Positions 1-14,533 of a stretch of DNA of 64,000 nucleotides are shown one piece after another. The position numbers were made by a program, and so were the translations under genes. Each line of letters begins with the position of its first letter. The first letter of the stretch is position 1. The DNA lies in contig NC_089432.1 of the NCBI RefSeq assembly GCF_026210795.1, positions 5,766,001 through 5,830,000 on the forward strand. Reading direction: 5' to 3'. The stretch is from Rhizophagus irregularis (taxonomy: Eukaryota). Below the pieces are notes generated by a model that saw only the letters and a program-made list of their open reading frames with translations, had not been told where the DNA came from and searched no databases.

Positions 1-453
1 CAAAGGAAAAGTATTTGAAAAGTTCCACTCTATGGTGGACATTTTGGTTTTTTTATTTGTTTATCGTAGAGCCATGTATTTTAATGTAGAGGCTGCCAAG
101 AATATCATCTATTTACAACTAAATTAATTATAATGATCTAAAAATATCTCAATTTCAATTATTTCATTATTTCAATTATACTAATTTCTAAATACGATGC
201 ATATGTATTCGTGCAACCGCCGATCTCAAACACGTACGATAATTACGAAAATTAACTTTGTAGATTAAAATATTATAAATATTATTAAAGTCATCTATGA
301 ATTAGCAATAATCACTTTATACTTTTACAAGAATAACTGTACAACAAAAGGGAGTGTTAAATTACCCTGCAATTATTGATATTCTTAACCTACTAAGTGT
401 GAAAAATTATAATAGTATATATCATTAAAATCTTATAATTGTCCTTATTGTTC

Positions 454-1922
454 TCAGTCTTCTTCGGAATCTGTTGAGTCATCATTTAATTGTGTTAATC
501 CTAAGTTTTCTAAGCGATTTTCTTCATCAAAAGCATTGAATAAAGTCGCATCTCTCGTTCTCATTAAAGAATCGCGTCCTTCTCCCGATATTGATGATCT
601 TAAAATCCCAGTTCCAGTTTGCATTGATCTAAGTCCATCATTTTTTGCTGTATTTAATAAATATACTCCCGCAAATATTGTAAGGAATCCACAAAATAAG
701 CTAACAACATTCATACTCTCTGTATTAAATCCTCGAAAAAGAAGAACTGATGCGAAAATCGTTGATGTTGTAAAAAATACGTAATATATAGGATTTACTC
801 TAACGAGAGAAAAAGAAGAAAAAGTAGATAAATTACTTAATTCCTATGTAAACTTTTTAAAACATTATGAATTATTACTTACATATTAGTTTCAAATTGA
901 TCTAAAGCTTTGTTAAAATAATTCATTTGTATTAATATGCAAAGAGTAGATATGATGATAAACACATACGTTGATGGATGAGTTAATTGATTATTGCCTG
1001 CAAAAGTGAGCTTTAATGCAATGCCAAATCCTTTACAAGACATCACTGATATTGATCCAACTAATGAACAAATTGAAAGATACACCAAGGGATCTTTTCT
1101 GCCATATTTAGGTACAATATGATATATAGCAAAAACCGTATAACAACCGACTATTACAATATAAATTAAAAATCCTATATAGTTTTTTTTAAGAAAAAGA
1201 AAAATTTAATTAAGTTGTCCGAAAAAAAAATATATTTAATTAATTAAAAATAAAAAACAGTCGATATACCAGGTTTAAGGGCAAATTGTAAAATTTGGTC
1301 GACAGTTTTAATTTCTTTATCTTCAGGTGAGTGAAGCACTATCATGATAGATCCGATTAAACATAACCCACAACCAACTGTTCCTATTCGCCCAAGACTC
1401 TCTTTAAGAAAGAATGATGCCAAAACAGCTCTGTTATATAAAATTTTTAATTAAGATATCGATCATATGTATATGAAAGTATTCAACTTTCTACACTTAC
1501 CCAATCAAAACACTAAGAGCACCAAGAGGTGTTACAAGTATGGCAGGCGCAAAGGAGTATGCCGCAAAATTTAACAATTCTCCAAAAACCACTATTTAAT
1601 TAAAATTAATTGTTTCGTTTATATATTATTTCTATTCTTAAATATAATATAGTCAATGAACCTACTTGTTGCCATTCCTAACCACCAAATTGGGTTTTTT
1701 AAATAACTATGATCATCACCAGCGAACCCTACAGGTAAATAAAAAATTTAAAACACTTGTAGCATATAAAACAATTTTTGGAAAGAAAAATATCTTTTAA
1801 AAACTACCATGTCTATCGTTTGCATCTATTAGTCCCTTTTTTGTTATAATAAAAGACGTGCCAATCAGCAGACTGGAGGCGACGGCTAACGTCAACCCAA
1901 TGTATTTATCGTTTATGCTCAT
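454..1922 (-). CDS. NIPA-family (DMT superfamily) magnesium transporter, multi-exon
   Basis: Spliced translation gives MSINDKYIGLTLAVASSLLIGTSFIITKKGL..., WWLGMAT, FAAYSFAPAILVTPLGALSVLI, VYLSICSLVGSISVMSCKGFGIA, QMNYFNKALD and PIYYVFFTTSTIFASVLLF, all NIPA2-like motifs. GT-AG introns. Confidence 0.92.
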
Positions 1923-2576
1923 TCGTTGACACTTATATGTGAAGTTCAAATTGCAAAAAAAAAGAACGATTTGTCTATAGACACGTCGGTTTTTTAGAAA
2001 ATGTCGCCAGGACAAGTAATATGGAAATTGTAGAAAAGCAATTTGAACAGGCTCAAAAAACTATATAGATCAAGTAAGGCGATGTAAAAGAATGTTGTTA
2101 TATTTCCCTATTAGATTAACGGGAATAAATGGTATGACTGCAAGGTAAATAAACCGGGTGCGTAGATACAGCTCCGGTAAATAATCTGATCGTTATAATT
2201 TTTAAGGAAGAGGACTCTTCCTATAACAAGTTTAACGAACTTTTAACAGATTTTGAAAAGGAAAATATCTTGACAAAATTGTTTTTTTTTGATTCGTTGA
2301 AAGGGCCGAAATTGGCTGCATCCGGCGAATTTGTCAATTTCGGAAATTTTGTCATCGATCTTTGATAAAAAGAAACTACTGTAACAATTTGAAACAAGTT
2401 TTTAAACATGTTTGCAATTTATTCATAATATATTTAGAATTTTTAATTAACTGCTAAAATCACATGATTTTGTACTATACATATTTTAACTAGATCTTGT
2501 AACACATGAAATTTGTCTATTAGAAAAAAATCTTTAAACGCGTTGAGATAATTTTAATCGCAAGTTCCTTATAAAA

Positions 2577-5500
2577 ATGAGTCGTTTCACCCCATCTAAA
2601 CCACTCTTTAAAGATAGCAAAGCAATCGATAATTATGTTTTATACAACTTTGGACAAAAGCCAACTTCGGGCCAAATTAAACATTATTGGCTCTCTATTG
2701 CAAAAATGTATTTTAGTGTCGAAAATTACAGTATGACCGCTGAATTTCTCTTTAGACTTATATTAATAAGCCCTCAGAATTACGAGGTGAACTCTTGAAA
2801 CAAGGTCATTTTTATTTTACGTATGAAAATATTCATCGTATATTTACTAACGTATACAGCTGAATAGGCTTTAGAATTACTAGGTACAACATACAGAAAA
2901 CAAGGACAATTGTCAAACGCATTAGAATATTACGAAAGGTATATAAAAGTTATTCAAAATTGCCGCAACCCTATTAAATTCTTTATGTATTAAAATTAAC
3001 AATTTTGTACAGAGCTCTTTCCACCCCAAATGCACCACAAACTCTTGCGCATGATGGTAAAATTTCTGTTATCATTCTGGATATATATATATTTTTATTT
3101 GTATTAAATATACAATTTTTGAGTTTATTTAATCCATAAGCTGCTGAGCTCTGTATCCAACTAGTGAAGAAACAAAAAGAAGAATCTGAAATTAAAAATT
3201 TGATGACAAAAGCTCTATACTGGATAGAAAGGTTCGGCGTCAAACGTAAACTAAAATTCAAAATTAATAATAATTTTTACATGTTTGTTAATTTTTAGGA
3301 AACGTTCATTGAATAATAATAAATATGACCCTCAGGCAGTTCAATTGTTGCAAAAAATATATGTTATTTTGGTTCGCCATGCCGAAAAGCAATTAGATAA
3401 GCGTTCATGTCTGAAACGTCGAGAGGGAATTCCACCAGGTTTTAATATTTAATTATTTAATTATTGAAACTATTTAAATTTATTTTGTTTACTTACAATA
3501 AATATTTCTAATAGTGGTGAACATCAAATGGATTGATGAGTCTGTAAAAGACCTAATCTCATCAGAAGAAACACTTATTGACCCATTATTACATATACTG
3601 TTGACCAAGAGTTTGCTTAAAATTCAAGATTATCAACGGTAGAATTGCTCGGTTTTCGATTTTTAATATTTTAAATATATTCCCGAAATCTATTATTAAT
3701 TATTTAATGATTATTATTCTTATCTTATTATTACTCTTATACTTTGTTAGAGCATGGAAACACGTAATGCAACGGCGGTATAATTTTGTTGATAGTCTAG
3801 AATGGAATACTTTTGTCAAAACAACATTTCCAAAGTATAAATTGGAGGCTACTATCGATAATCAAAAGGAGCCTTTACATGAACCCACCGAATTGATATT
3901 TTTTGCAAATGATAATGTTGTGAGGTTATCCTTGAATATGAGGTAAATCGTTCGCAAATATTCAATTTTTTTTTTGTTTAATACCACATTATTATTTAAT
4001 TTAACATAGGTTACCAGAAGAATCTGATAAACTTGTGAATGAATTTTCGGAATTAGTTAAAACTTGGGAAATTCCAAAATCGCAAAACGCTCAGTTATTG
4101 GAGAAGTGGACGCGTTTTCAACAGGTTTTTATTATCATCATTTATATTATTGAAATTATTGAAAATTATTATTAATATATGAATCATAATTATTGATCAT
4201 TCAATAAAGGAGTATCTTTCAAGAAGTTTACGACATGACGGTTACTTCCAATTATATCTTTCCACCTCTGATTTAATACAATTTCAAAATGCTTCCACAA
4301 TACAAAAAAATCAAGACCACCTAAATGTTGCTTACTTAAAATTCAAGTCATGTTTATATTTCCGGCGTGAAACTTTCCGCGATCCTGCACGTCCGATTAG
4401 CCACTTTATTTATCTAATGTGCCAGCGCATTAGCGATGTTTCTCATCAACTTCTTGTTTTATTGCAATGTTTTGATTATTCGTGGTTAAACAAAAAAGAG
4501 GAAGCGGATAATATCTTTAGGTTGTGTTCTGAAAATGAAGATAATATTACACAAAATTTCGTTTTGCCTGGTCATAAAAAGTTTCTTAAAATCTTGTACA
4601 AAGAAGTTGGCAAAGAAAATCTAACAGAATCGAGTACATTAAAATGGTTATCTAAAATGGCACTCCAAGTGGATAAAATAGCATTTTGTGCCCCATACGA
4701 CTTGGATAGGTACCTTCTATCTATTTTTTTTTGTACATATTTATATTGCCGCTAATTTAATTTGGTTAAATTATCAGATTCTTAATGGCCGCAACTTGGT
4801 ATATAGAAAATGGAGAGATTAGAGATCTTCTAAGACATATTTTCCCTAATTTACAAGATTGTCTCAAGGTTTTTTTATTTTTTTTTTATGCAATATAAAT
4901 TAATATATATAGTTCAATTGTGTTTAAACTTGTTTATTTTAAATAGATAAAAGATCCAGAAAAACCTGCAAATAAGCAAGAGTCGCCTGTAAATGCTTTA
5001 GCTTCCTTATTTGAAAATCTATCTACACGTGATCGACTTTTGACTAATTGGGAGAAGTTTTTATCAGAAAGAAATGTTACTACAATGAAAAATTCTATCG
5101 TTGAAATTCCAACATTGGTGGACATTGAATTTTTCCTCTTGATTTTATTGATACAAAGGCAATATCATTGTATTATCAGGTTAGGAGCCGAAACTTTAGG
5201 TCAAATTTTATATTTGGCATCAAAAGGTTGTTGGAAAGCCAGTACAAACCAGAAAAAGTTTTGGCGAACGTTGCTGTCATTTTACGGGAAGGTATGTAAT
5301 GAAGACATTAAATCATTATTTAATTTTTAGGAAAGATTAATAAATTTTTTTTTATGTGACAGAATGATCCGGATAAGCGTATTTATACTGGGGATCTGAT
5401 GTCTAATGAAGAATTTACACAATGTCTTCGAGAAATTCGTGGAGATATCAATATGCAGGATTATGATTATATTGATGATCAAGTCGTGAATTTGCAAAAA

Positions 5501-6790
5501 GACTTATTTTTAATCATGGCCGTATTATATAAGGTGCGTACATAATATTTCCCTTAAATTAGTATCGATTTGATAAACTAAGATAGCGAATCCCTATATG
5601 ATGGAAATATAGTCGATGATTACTCATCATCGCAAATCACGATCTGCTGAAGGTCTACGTTGTTTAGAAATCCATCAAGATTGGTCGAAAAAAGTATCTG
5701 CTAGCTTTTCGTTATCTGAAAAACTTATTATTTTTGATACCGAAATTGAAGAACCGGGATATCGAATGTGAGCCTATGAATAATTTCTGGGATGATATGA
5801 TTCATTATATTTATATTATATAACCATCAATATTTTTTAGGTTTATTCCTGATAATAAAGATCCAGGAGCAAACGATTTAACCGAACACTTGTCATCAAT
5901 ATTCAGTCAAGATGAGCTTGTAGTGCAACAAGAAGACGTATCGATTGACGATTTTGATACTATTTTAGAGGAGGATTCTGTGATACACCAGACGGTTATC
6001 CCATTCGAAGATAAAAAAGATGGTGATGATGAAAATGTCAAACCTATAATAAAGCGCGTTGTTATTTCAACCGAACCCTTGAAACAAGAAGAGGATATCA
6101 TTCCAAACGAACTTTCAACCGAACTCTTGAAACAAGAAGAGGATATCATTCCAAACGAACTTTCAACCGAACCCTTGAAACAAGAAGAGGATATCATTCC
6201 AAACGAACTTTCAACCGAACCCTTGAAACAAGAAGAGGATATCATTCCAAACGAACTTTCAACCGAACCCTTGAAACAAGAAGAGGATATCATTCCAAAC
6301 GAACTTTCAACCGAACCCTTGAAACAAAATAAGGATATTATTCCAAACGAAATTACTAACGAAGTAGAGTTAGCTGGTTTTGATGATAATTTAGAGCCAA
6401 GTGAGAATTTGGATGAACAATACCCCTCTATGAGTTTCAGTTCAAAGGAAGTTTTTGATATCCAGGATGATGATGATGATGATGATGATGTGGATTTGAG
6501 TCAAGACGAAGATTTAATTCAATCTGGTCAAGATATACCCATACATCTAAAACCTTCAGCTGGTGCCGATACCTCGTTCGTATCTTTTGATAATAATCAA
6601 TTCGAGGAAAATTTGGAAGCAAGTATGATAGAAAATGCAGGTGATGATAATTCTTTCAAAGATAATGCTCCTAAAGTTGACGATGTAAGTTATTTAGAAA
6701 TTTAATTACACAATAATTTGCATTTATGTATTATTCAATATAATATTTTAATATTTTGCAATTTCAAATTAGTCGCTAAATAATAGTTAA
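2577..6790 (+). CDS. Multi-exon TPR/alpha-solenoid protein resembling the Nup358/RanBP2 N-terminal domain, with an acidic repeat-containing C-terminal tail
   Basis: Many GT-AG-joined exons. TPR-like segments (IAKMYFSVENYS, ALELLGTTYRKQGQLSNALEYYERAL), then ALYWIER, SLEWNTFV, CQRISDVSHQLL, VDIEFFLL and QKKFW. These resemble, in order, motifs I recall from the metazoan Nup358 NTD. Last small exon 6773-6790 is inferred. Confidence 0.65.
6067..6351 (+). repeat. Coding tandem repeat, 48-bp unit (STEPLKQEEDIIPNEL), about 6 copies
   Basis: Near-identical units tcaaccgaacccttgaaacaagaagaggatatcattccaaacgaactt start at 6067, 6115, 6163, 6211 and 6259, with a diverged copy at 6307. Confidence 0.95.
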
Positions 6791-8447
6791 TGCACAACAA
6801 TTTGGATATGATTATTCAAATTATTCAAATATCTCTTATATAGAAACAATAAATTTGCTCTTCTAAATACTGTATAAAGCATAATTTTTTATTTTATTTC
6901 TACGGTCTAGCTGCGAAATTAATGATTTTTGGTTTCTATTGCTCTCGATTCTCATAACTTTGTGAAGCTTCCAAGGATTTTTGCATATCCATCCTTTTTT
7001 AACTTTTATTAAATCATGAAAATGTTAGCGAAAACGGAATGTTGGCAGAAATTATTTGTATAGCCGCATGTATAGCGAAATAATTCGGGAAAGAGCCCTG
7101 TTAAGAATCGAAACTTAAAATGTCTGCTATTCCAATTTTCTTCATTTTATTAAGGGTATTTTTATTGATAAAATAAAGATTATACTTTAAAATTTTAAAT
7201 TGTTAATCATACTGGACCGTTGTAACCTAGATTATGATAATTGATGTAATTTATTAATTAAAGAGGAAGGGAATTGATTCAAATGAATTTTGAGGGAGTT
7301 AGGATAATGGATTTTGTTATGAAGTTTTAAGTGATCCGAATTTCGATTATTAATTAACGCTATTTTTTGTGGATTAAGTAAATTTGTTCCACAAATTGAA
7401 CAAAAAATTGAGTGTTATATTTTTAAGATATTAATAGAAATTTTAACTATTATTTCAATATACTTTATTTTTTAAATAAATTTATTTTGTTATAATGTAT
7501 ATTGTATTATTACAAATAGTTAAGAAAAATATTTGTTATCTATTAATTGTAATAAATTATTAGATCAAAGAGATCTTGAAATTTACAAGTCATAACGTGC
7601 TAATTATTTTTTCACTATGATACTTCGTAATAATACATTAAAGTATAATAAACAAACTATTTTAATGTTGCAATAATAACTAAAATTTCTATTAAAATCT
7701 TTTATTTTCAATTTAAATCTCGCAATAATTATACTGAACTAGGAATGGTAAACCACTGGTAAACCATTATCAAGTCCGAAGCGCAGTTACAAACATGATA
7801 ACACGATAATTTTTTTTCGCATAATTAAATTAAACGTCAATCCAATCGAAGGGAATTTTAAAATTTTAATATCAAATTAAATAATGATATAATTGAATAA
7901 TGGAAATTTCTTACGGTATTTTCTCGTTTAATGGTTTTTAACTGATAAAGAAAACGAGCATGTTTGATGCTTATGGCATCTTTCGAAGAATGTAATAAAT
8001 TTTGATAATTTAATTATATACTGTATCAATGCTATTCTCATTTAATATGCATGAAAAAGAAATAACACTATTGAAAAAAAGCTAGCGGTTAAACTACTTA
8101 AACAAGATTTGAATCTTTCATCGTAATTTGACATTTACATTTGATAAAGCAGGTGGTTCGTCTTCTTAAAATTAGAACTATTCGATTCATGGTCATGAGT
8201 TCAATACTCGAATTTTTTTTTTACTATTAACATGCCAATTCTTACTATAATTGTTCTATTGAAATTTTAACTCTACTATATTAAGTCAAATCTGGACCTA
8301 ATATTTAATAACCAAAAAGTCCCACATCCGAGATACAGGCTTGGTGGCTTGTTAAAGTCAGCTGATAATAATGATTACATAAAAGATTTCTGCAAAAATT
8401 TTTTTCTTTTTTGCAACCCGATTCGCGTTTAAAAATTGGTTTTTAAT

Positions 8448-11400
8448 ATGACTTTACCAAGTGAATTACCGTAAGTTTCCTTTCCGTTTGTTTTTTTTTT
8501 ATCACCGTAGAAATTTGTCTGTTTATATAAATTTAATCTCAGGCTATTATCAAATATTTCAACAGTAAAGACGACCTTGTGGAGAAAACGCAAGGTATTC
8601 ATTTTATACCGTTTTATAAATAAATTAGTAAATTATTTTTAATTAAATATTACATACTTTAGTTGCTTTATCAAAATTGAATTTAACTGCTGACCAAACT
8701 GAGGAATACACGGAAAATTCAAATAGTTTTCTACTGCCACAATACAAAGATATTACTAAGTTTTTAGATGAAGCCACCGATGGTACTGTTAATTGCCTTA
8801 ATTCGTCTAGGAATGTTTTTTCATATTTGATCTTTGAAACAGAATCATCATCAATATTTTTATGATCTATTTGTAAAAGAATAGAATTCGAAATTGGACA
8901 GCTTGTACACCTTGAATCATTTGGATTATATGATGCGATGAGTTCAATTGAGGTTTTCTATCTTGTATTTAATAAATTTATTTATTAAAATTTCGATTTT
9001 TAAGAGTTTTGTAATTTATTTAGATAATGGATCCAAAAATGGATAGTGGGATGATATTGGACAGTGATTTAAATAAACCACCATTTAATTTACGTGCCCG
9101 TTTAAAGCCTAAGGAAGTTCTTGGAATTATAGATCATTTGTTCAATTGCGAAGTAATTGACTTCATATATTTGTTATATATATCATTATACATAATTTAA
9201 ACCAATTATATTCGATATATTAGAATAAATAAAGATTATATATATATATTTTTTTTTTTTTTTTTTTGCTACAGATGACATGGCATTCTGGACATTCCCT
9301 ATCTCAAACGCTTTTTACCTGCATGTATTTTCATCATGTCTCGGAACTTAATCCAGAATTATTTATTAATAGCCCAAATGATGATTCTACCGATTCCGAT
9401 TCGCCTATTGAATTTGTGATTTTAGTTTTGAAATCGTATGTTCTTGGCACTATAAAATGTTGTCATTTAGTATGGGATGAGATGACAAAAGGAAATGTAT
9501 ATGAAGTAAGTTATAAATTATCTTAATATGCTTATAAGTAGTTAATTTTATATATTTACTTATTGATTTATCTTTTAAGGAAGAAGATTTTTCTACAAAT
9601 AAATATGGTATCTCGATGTATGAGAATTTTCCAGACTCGCAATGTATAAAATTAATAGAGGATGCTGAGGCTTGGATGGAACAACATGGTTGTAAGTGGA
9701 TTCGCCAGAAAGGTATTGTAAATATATCGACATGATAATATTCACTAGGCTATTTCTTTATAGAATTGCAATTATTTATTAAATAGGGCAGCACGACTGT
9801 GAGAATGTTATCCGAGCAATTCTTTCGCGTCTTCATTTACGAAAAGTATTTATTATTTCTATGTACATACATGATTGTTGGTAATATCTTTGTTCAGATT
9901 TATTCGTTCGGTTTTTTAGGGTTTTTTGTAGCAATATCAGCCCAAAAATTATCAAAGACAATCGATTATTTACGAAATAAAAATAACAATAGAATGCAAA
10001 AAAAAAACGAACGAACGAATTTGAACATGGCCAATATATATTATGAATATCAATTTTATTTGATGAAAAAAATTTATGAATATTTTTTTTCTATTTATAG
10101 TCCTTTCTTTTAGTTCTTTTGCATATGTCGCAGTCACACTGTCAGCAATATTTACAAGCGCAACGGCATCTTAATACGTCAATGCAGTTGTTAAATGGAA
10201 TTAAAGAAGGAGCAAGCATTAACTGCTTGAACTTAGGAGTTGACGTTTCAGGAGGTATGTGTGTATTTTCGATTGTGTGATGGTAATAATGTTTATACGG
10301 TAACTTATTGTTCGAAATGATTAATCTGATTTCTTAATTCCTTAGCTTTTGATCCACTTATTAATAGGAAACTTGTATCTCAAACTCCACCAAGACCAAT
10401 TCGACTATTAACAATGCAAGAGGTGAATTTTCTAGCCAATGATTAACATTTTTGTTCTTAATATCTTTATATTCAATAATTAAACTTTTACAGTCTATTA
10501 ATGAAATGATGAATATGCTTAAAAGTATCAATGCTACATGCGAAATTATTAATTACAAATCGGCAACTAGTTTAATGGTAAGAATGAAAATAGAAATTAT
10601 TTAAAAAGTCTTCTACTGAATAAAGTTTGTATTAGCTAACATTATTTTAGAATTTTTTAGTTTATCATGCTAGTCAGCAACCACCACCTTGTGCGTTTTC
10701 AAGGTCAATATTACAAGTATGTACGGGAAAAATTTTATATAATTTATAATTTTTTATTGATAAAGTATCACTAATTCTTTTCAGTCAACTATATGCACTG
10801 AGAATCGTATTCTTGGTAAAATGTCGATGTTTCAATTGATAAAAGATTCTGTTACAGAATTGACGAATCCGCCATATGTATACTTTGCACCTAAAATAGA
10901 CATAAATGCATCATCAAAAGATGATCGTATTGATGAAAATAGGTCCGAAATATCAAAATTGGTTCATAATTTTGTTGATAGCACAGTTAAGGTACAATAA
11001 TACTTATTGATATTGTATGTTTGTTATAAGATTTGTTTGTATTGATATAAGTTATTACAAAATACTTTAGCCGTTGACAGACCTTTATCGGATTTTGTGT
11101 CATAACCGCTCAAGACAACGCCGAAATATGTGTAAAGTTTTGACAGATTGGGATTTGTTACAAGAAGAAGCAAGTGTTTTATTTACATGTTAATGTCAAT
11201 TTCTTAAAATTTAGCTAAATATTATAATAAATCATTAGGCAGAACATATTGACACAAAACTGCAGTCTTTAACCAACGAGGAGCCTATTATAACAGAAGT
11301 ATTTATAAATTATTTCTTTAATAGCAATATAAAACAACTTTGAATTAACTTTAAAAATATGTAGGAAGGACCTTCATATTCCTTTCATTTGTCTTCTTGG

Positions 11401-12640
11401 GTATATCATCGAAAATTAGTATTACTAGAAGACATATTATTTCTCGGATTTGAACTGGATTTGTATGGAACTCATGAATATGTGATGATTTATTGGTTAG
11501 TAAAATTATTTTAAATCATATTATTAATATATTATTATATCTATTCTAAAATTTCCATTAAATAAATTTTTAATTTTTATAGGTATATCGATTATTTATT
11601 AGGTGTCCATTATCAGCACTTAGAAAGAACTCACATGCATGTTACTGGTAATTTATTTTAAAGATAAGGTTAACTGAATACCAAATAGATATTTACTTCC
11701 TTTTTATATTTAGAAAATAAAAAATCAAAGAGCCAACAAGAAAATCTTCGATCAGCGCCGCCTCCAACGTCCACAGTATCACTATTAACTAGTCAACGAA
11801 TGATGATAATAGCAAAACAAGATATATGTCGGGGAATCCACAGAGTAAGATTTATTATAATTATTTGAATAATTTCAACAAATTAATAAGGTAAATTCTA
11901 TTAAAGACCGTATCGGCACTTCGGAAAACTGGACACGCAATATTTTCATGTCTCGAGTTTGATGACGAAAGCACTAGGTTTTGGCATAGATTTAGAATGT
12001 ATAGGACATTAGGAAGTCCAACAATACTGTCTTATAAGGATTTCAAAGATATGACTCAATTTGATAACATTACGGTATGTAATTAAAGTGTTGAATTTTT
12101 TATCATATATAGAATAGATTAATTTATATTGTATATCTTTCAGGCAATGGATCTTTTCAACGTGTCTTTGCAAAATTTTCAGGCAGCTAGATCTTCAATA
12201 GAGAGATTGTTAGCAATGAAACCTCCAGAACTAAGGACGGATCTTTGTCATGCTGATTTCACAAAGGTAATAATTAATGGAGTTGGGAATTACTTAAATA
12301 TACCACCATTAAAAACTTTACTTCTAACCTAATTTAGGAATTACAAGCTATGCTGCGCGTATGTATTGCAAATATAGTGAGTCTGCATAAAATTATTGAA
12401 GAATGTAAACCTAAGCTTGAGCCAAATACCATTCAAGAAAATGAAATTGTTACAACTAGCCATAAACAACAAAAACAGAAACAACGACAGAAAAATAAGA
12501 AATCATTAACCTCCCCCTCTGTTCCACCATCATCATCATCAATACAAACGCAAAAATTGATTTCATTGCGGAAGGATAATAAAGTAGCAAACTTTGAATT
12601 TAAGTATCATCCTTGGTATCCAGTAATTACATTAAAATAA
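8448..12640 (+). CDS. MAK10: NatC N-acetyltransferase auxiliary subunit (Mak10/NAA35), many exons
   Basis: F-GLYDAMSSIE-IMDPKMDSG, MTWHSGHSLSQTLFTCMY, YEEEDF, AFDPLINRKL, HNRSRQRR, LGFELDLY, RFWHRF and C-terminal YHPWYPVI. Confidence 0.92.
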
Positions 12641-12772
12641 TTAAAATAAAATACGTTATATATTCATAAAGACACACTGAAATAAATATTTAAAGTAGAC
12701 GTGTGAAATTATAAATGCTTATTCGCTTTAATTACTTAAGATAGTCACTTTTTGCTGAAAATAAATTAAAAA

Positions 12773-14334
12773 TTATTTATTTATTTCCTCCTGAGTTGTA
12801 AAGTAATAAAAAATTAAAAAAAATATTAATAAAATAATCCAAATATTTAGTCGATTATGTTTTCTGACAGAAGAATTTCGACGCGACCGACTACGCATTT
12901 GACTATCAACATTAGTGTATCGTAATTTTGTATCATGTAAAAAATCTTTATGATAGTTATGATAGTCTTCAAGATCATCATCATCATCATCATCATCTAA
13001 ACAGTTATACTCATTCTTCAATTTTCCAAATCTTTCACGTAGACCAATAGGCCATTTCCGTGGCAACAAATTCCATGTACGAAATGTTTCCAGATTTACA
13101 AGACGTTGTTCAATAATGTCTAAAGATATTTTTCTATTATTAAGTAAATCACCATCAAAACATAATCTAATAAGTCCCGGAGAATACATAGTTAAACATC
13201 TAATAACAGCATCTGTTATATAACTCGATTCAAGAGCTAATAAATTGTTTTTACAAATTGATATCAAATTCATGAGTTCTTGTTCATGTTTATTTCGGGA
13301 AGGTAAATGATTTAGTACATTTGTTTGTTTTAACCTTTTACAATGAAAAATTAATTAATTAACATAAAATAAATAAATGAATAAATTTTTTTTAAAAAAA
13401 AAACATACCATAAATGTCGAGATGTATAATGATCAGCAATTAAGGGTAATAGATTGGAAGTAAAATACAAATTAAGTCCTGAAATATCTAATTTTTCTAA
13501 ATTAGGAGTACTACATAACATTCGTTTCCAGCCAGCAAGAGTGAAACACTCTGTAACAGGACAATCACATTCCGAAATGAAAGAGAGTGATCTCAAAGTA
13601 TTTGAGAGGGCACACAAACCATCCAAAGTAGCATCAGTTATCTCAATATAATCGTCTACGTATTTTCTTTCTAAAACTAATTCTTGTAAACATGAACAAT
13701 TATTAAATAGTTCTAATACCCAAACATCAGACAAACCTTCAAAAGATAAATGGGCTCTTGTGATCTGAGAACCATATCTTTCGGTATAATGATTTAAACA
13801 GAATACTGATTGAATGACTGCATGTATTAACAATCCCAAATCTGATGAATCCAAATTATTTCCTTTAAATGAAGGAAAATAAATTGGCGCCAAAAAAGTA
13901 ATTAACTGTGCAGAGCAAGTTAATTTCAAAGATTTTGATCGATTTTTACGAAGACTTTGACTGAAACAGGGTGGATTAAATTCTAACAGTCCGGGTGTTT
14001 GTTCTAACACAATAATATTAAAATTTTCGAGTCGATCACAATAATCGTCTAGTATTATCAATAATGCACCAAGCTGATCAATAAACTCTTGAGAAGCTCG
14101 ACCTTGAATATTCAAGGTTCCAAAATATTGTCCATACTTTGGAACTATCGTCTGTAAAAAGAAAGGTGAGATATTGTAAACAATTACAGTTTTGAAAAGA
14201 TAAGTAGGGGTAAGAGAATATAAGGAACGATTAGTAAGGGAAAGTTGTTTAAGATGTGCAGAACCAAGATAAGAAATAATTTGAAAGAGTGTTTCAGTAG
14301 GAAGTGTAAGGAGAGACGCTCTTGGTTTTGTCAT
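12773..14334 (-). CDS. F-box/LRR-like protein with a C-terminal hydrophobic helix (2 exons, intron about 13335-13409)
   Basis: N-terminal F-box LLTLPTETLFQIISYL...LSLTNRSL, LRR-like repeats (LQELVL, LRSLSF, LEKLDIS), and WIILLIFFLIFYYF near the C-terminus. Confidence 0.8.
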
Positions 14335-14533
14335 CGTAAAAAAATTTTTGAGTTGAAAATATTAAGTAAAAATCTAAGTAATAAAAATTCGAGAATGGCT
14401 TTTTTAGTTTTTTCATTGATTCATTGTTTGTTTTCTTGAAACGTAACACCAGCCACCAAATATTTGTATGGCCACAGAAATCGATTCGTTATGATTTCGC
14501 GTCTTTAAAACTTGAACCTAAGCTTCAAAAAAC

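Noticed and set aside
5907..6293. Antisense repeat ORF and other shadow ORFs (e.g. 536-784, 29891-30205, 34558-34800, 54930-55130)
   Set aside because: They are reverse-frame shadows of well-supported genes on the opposite strand.
8075..8222. tRNA-like fragment (gagttcaatactc T-arm followed by a T-run)
   Set aside because: I could not build a full cloverleaf; at most a decayed tRNA or SINE relic.
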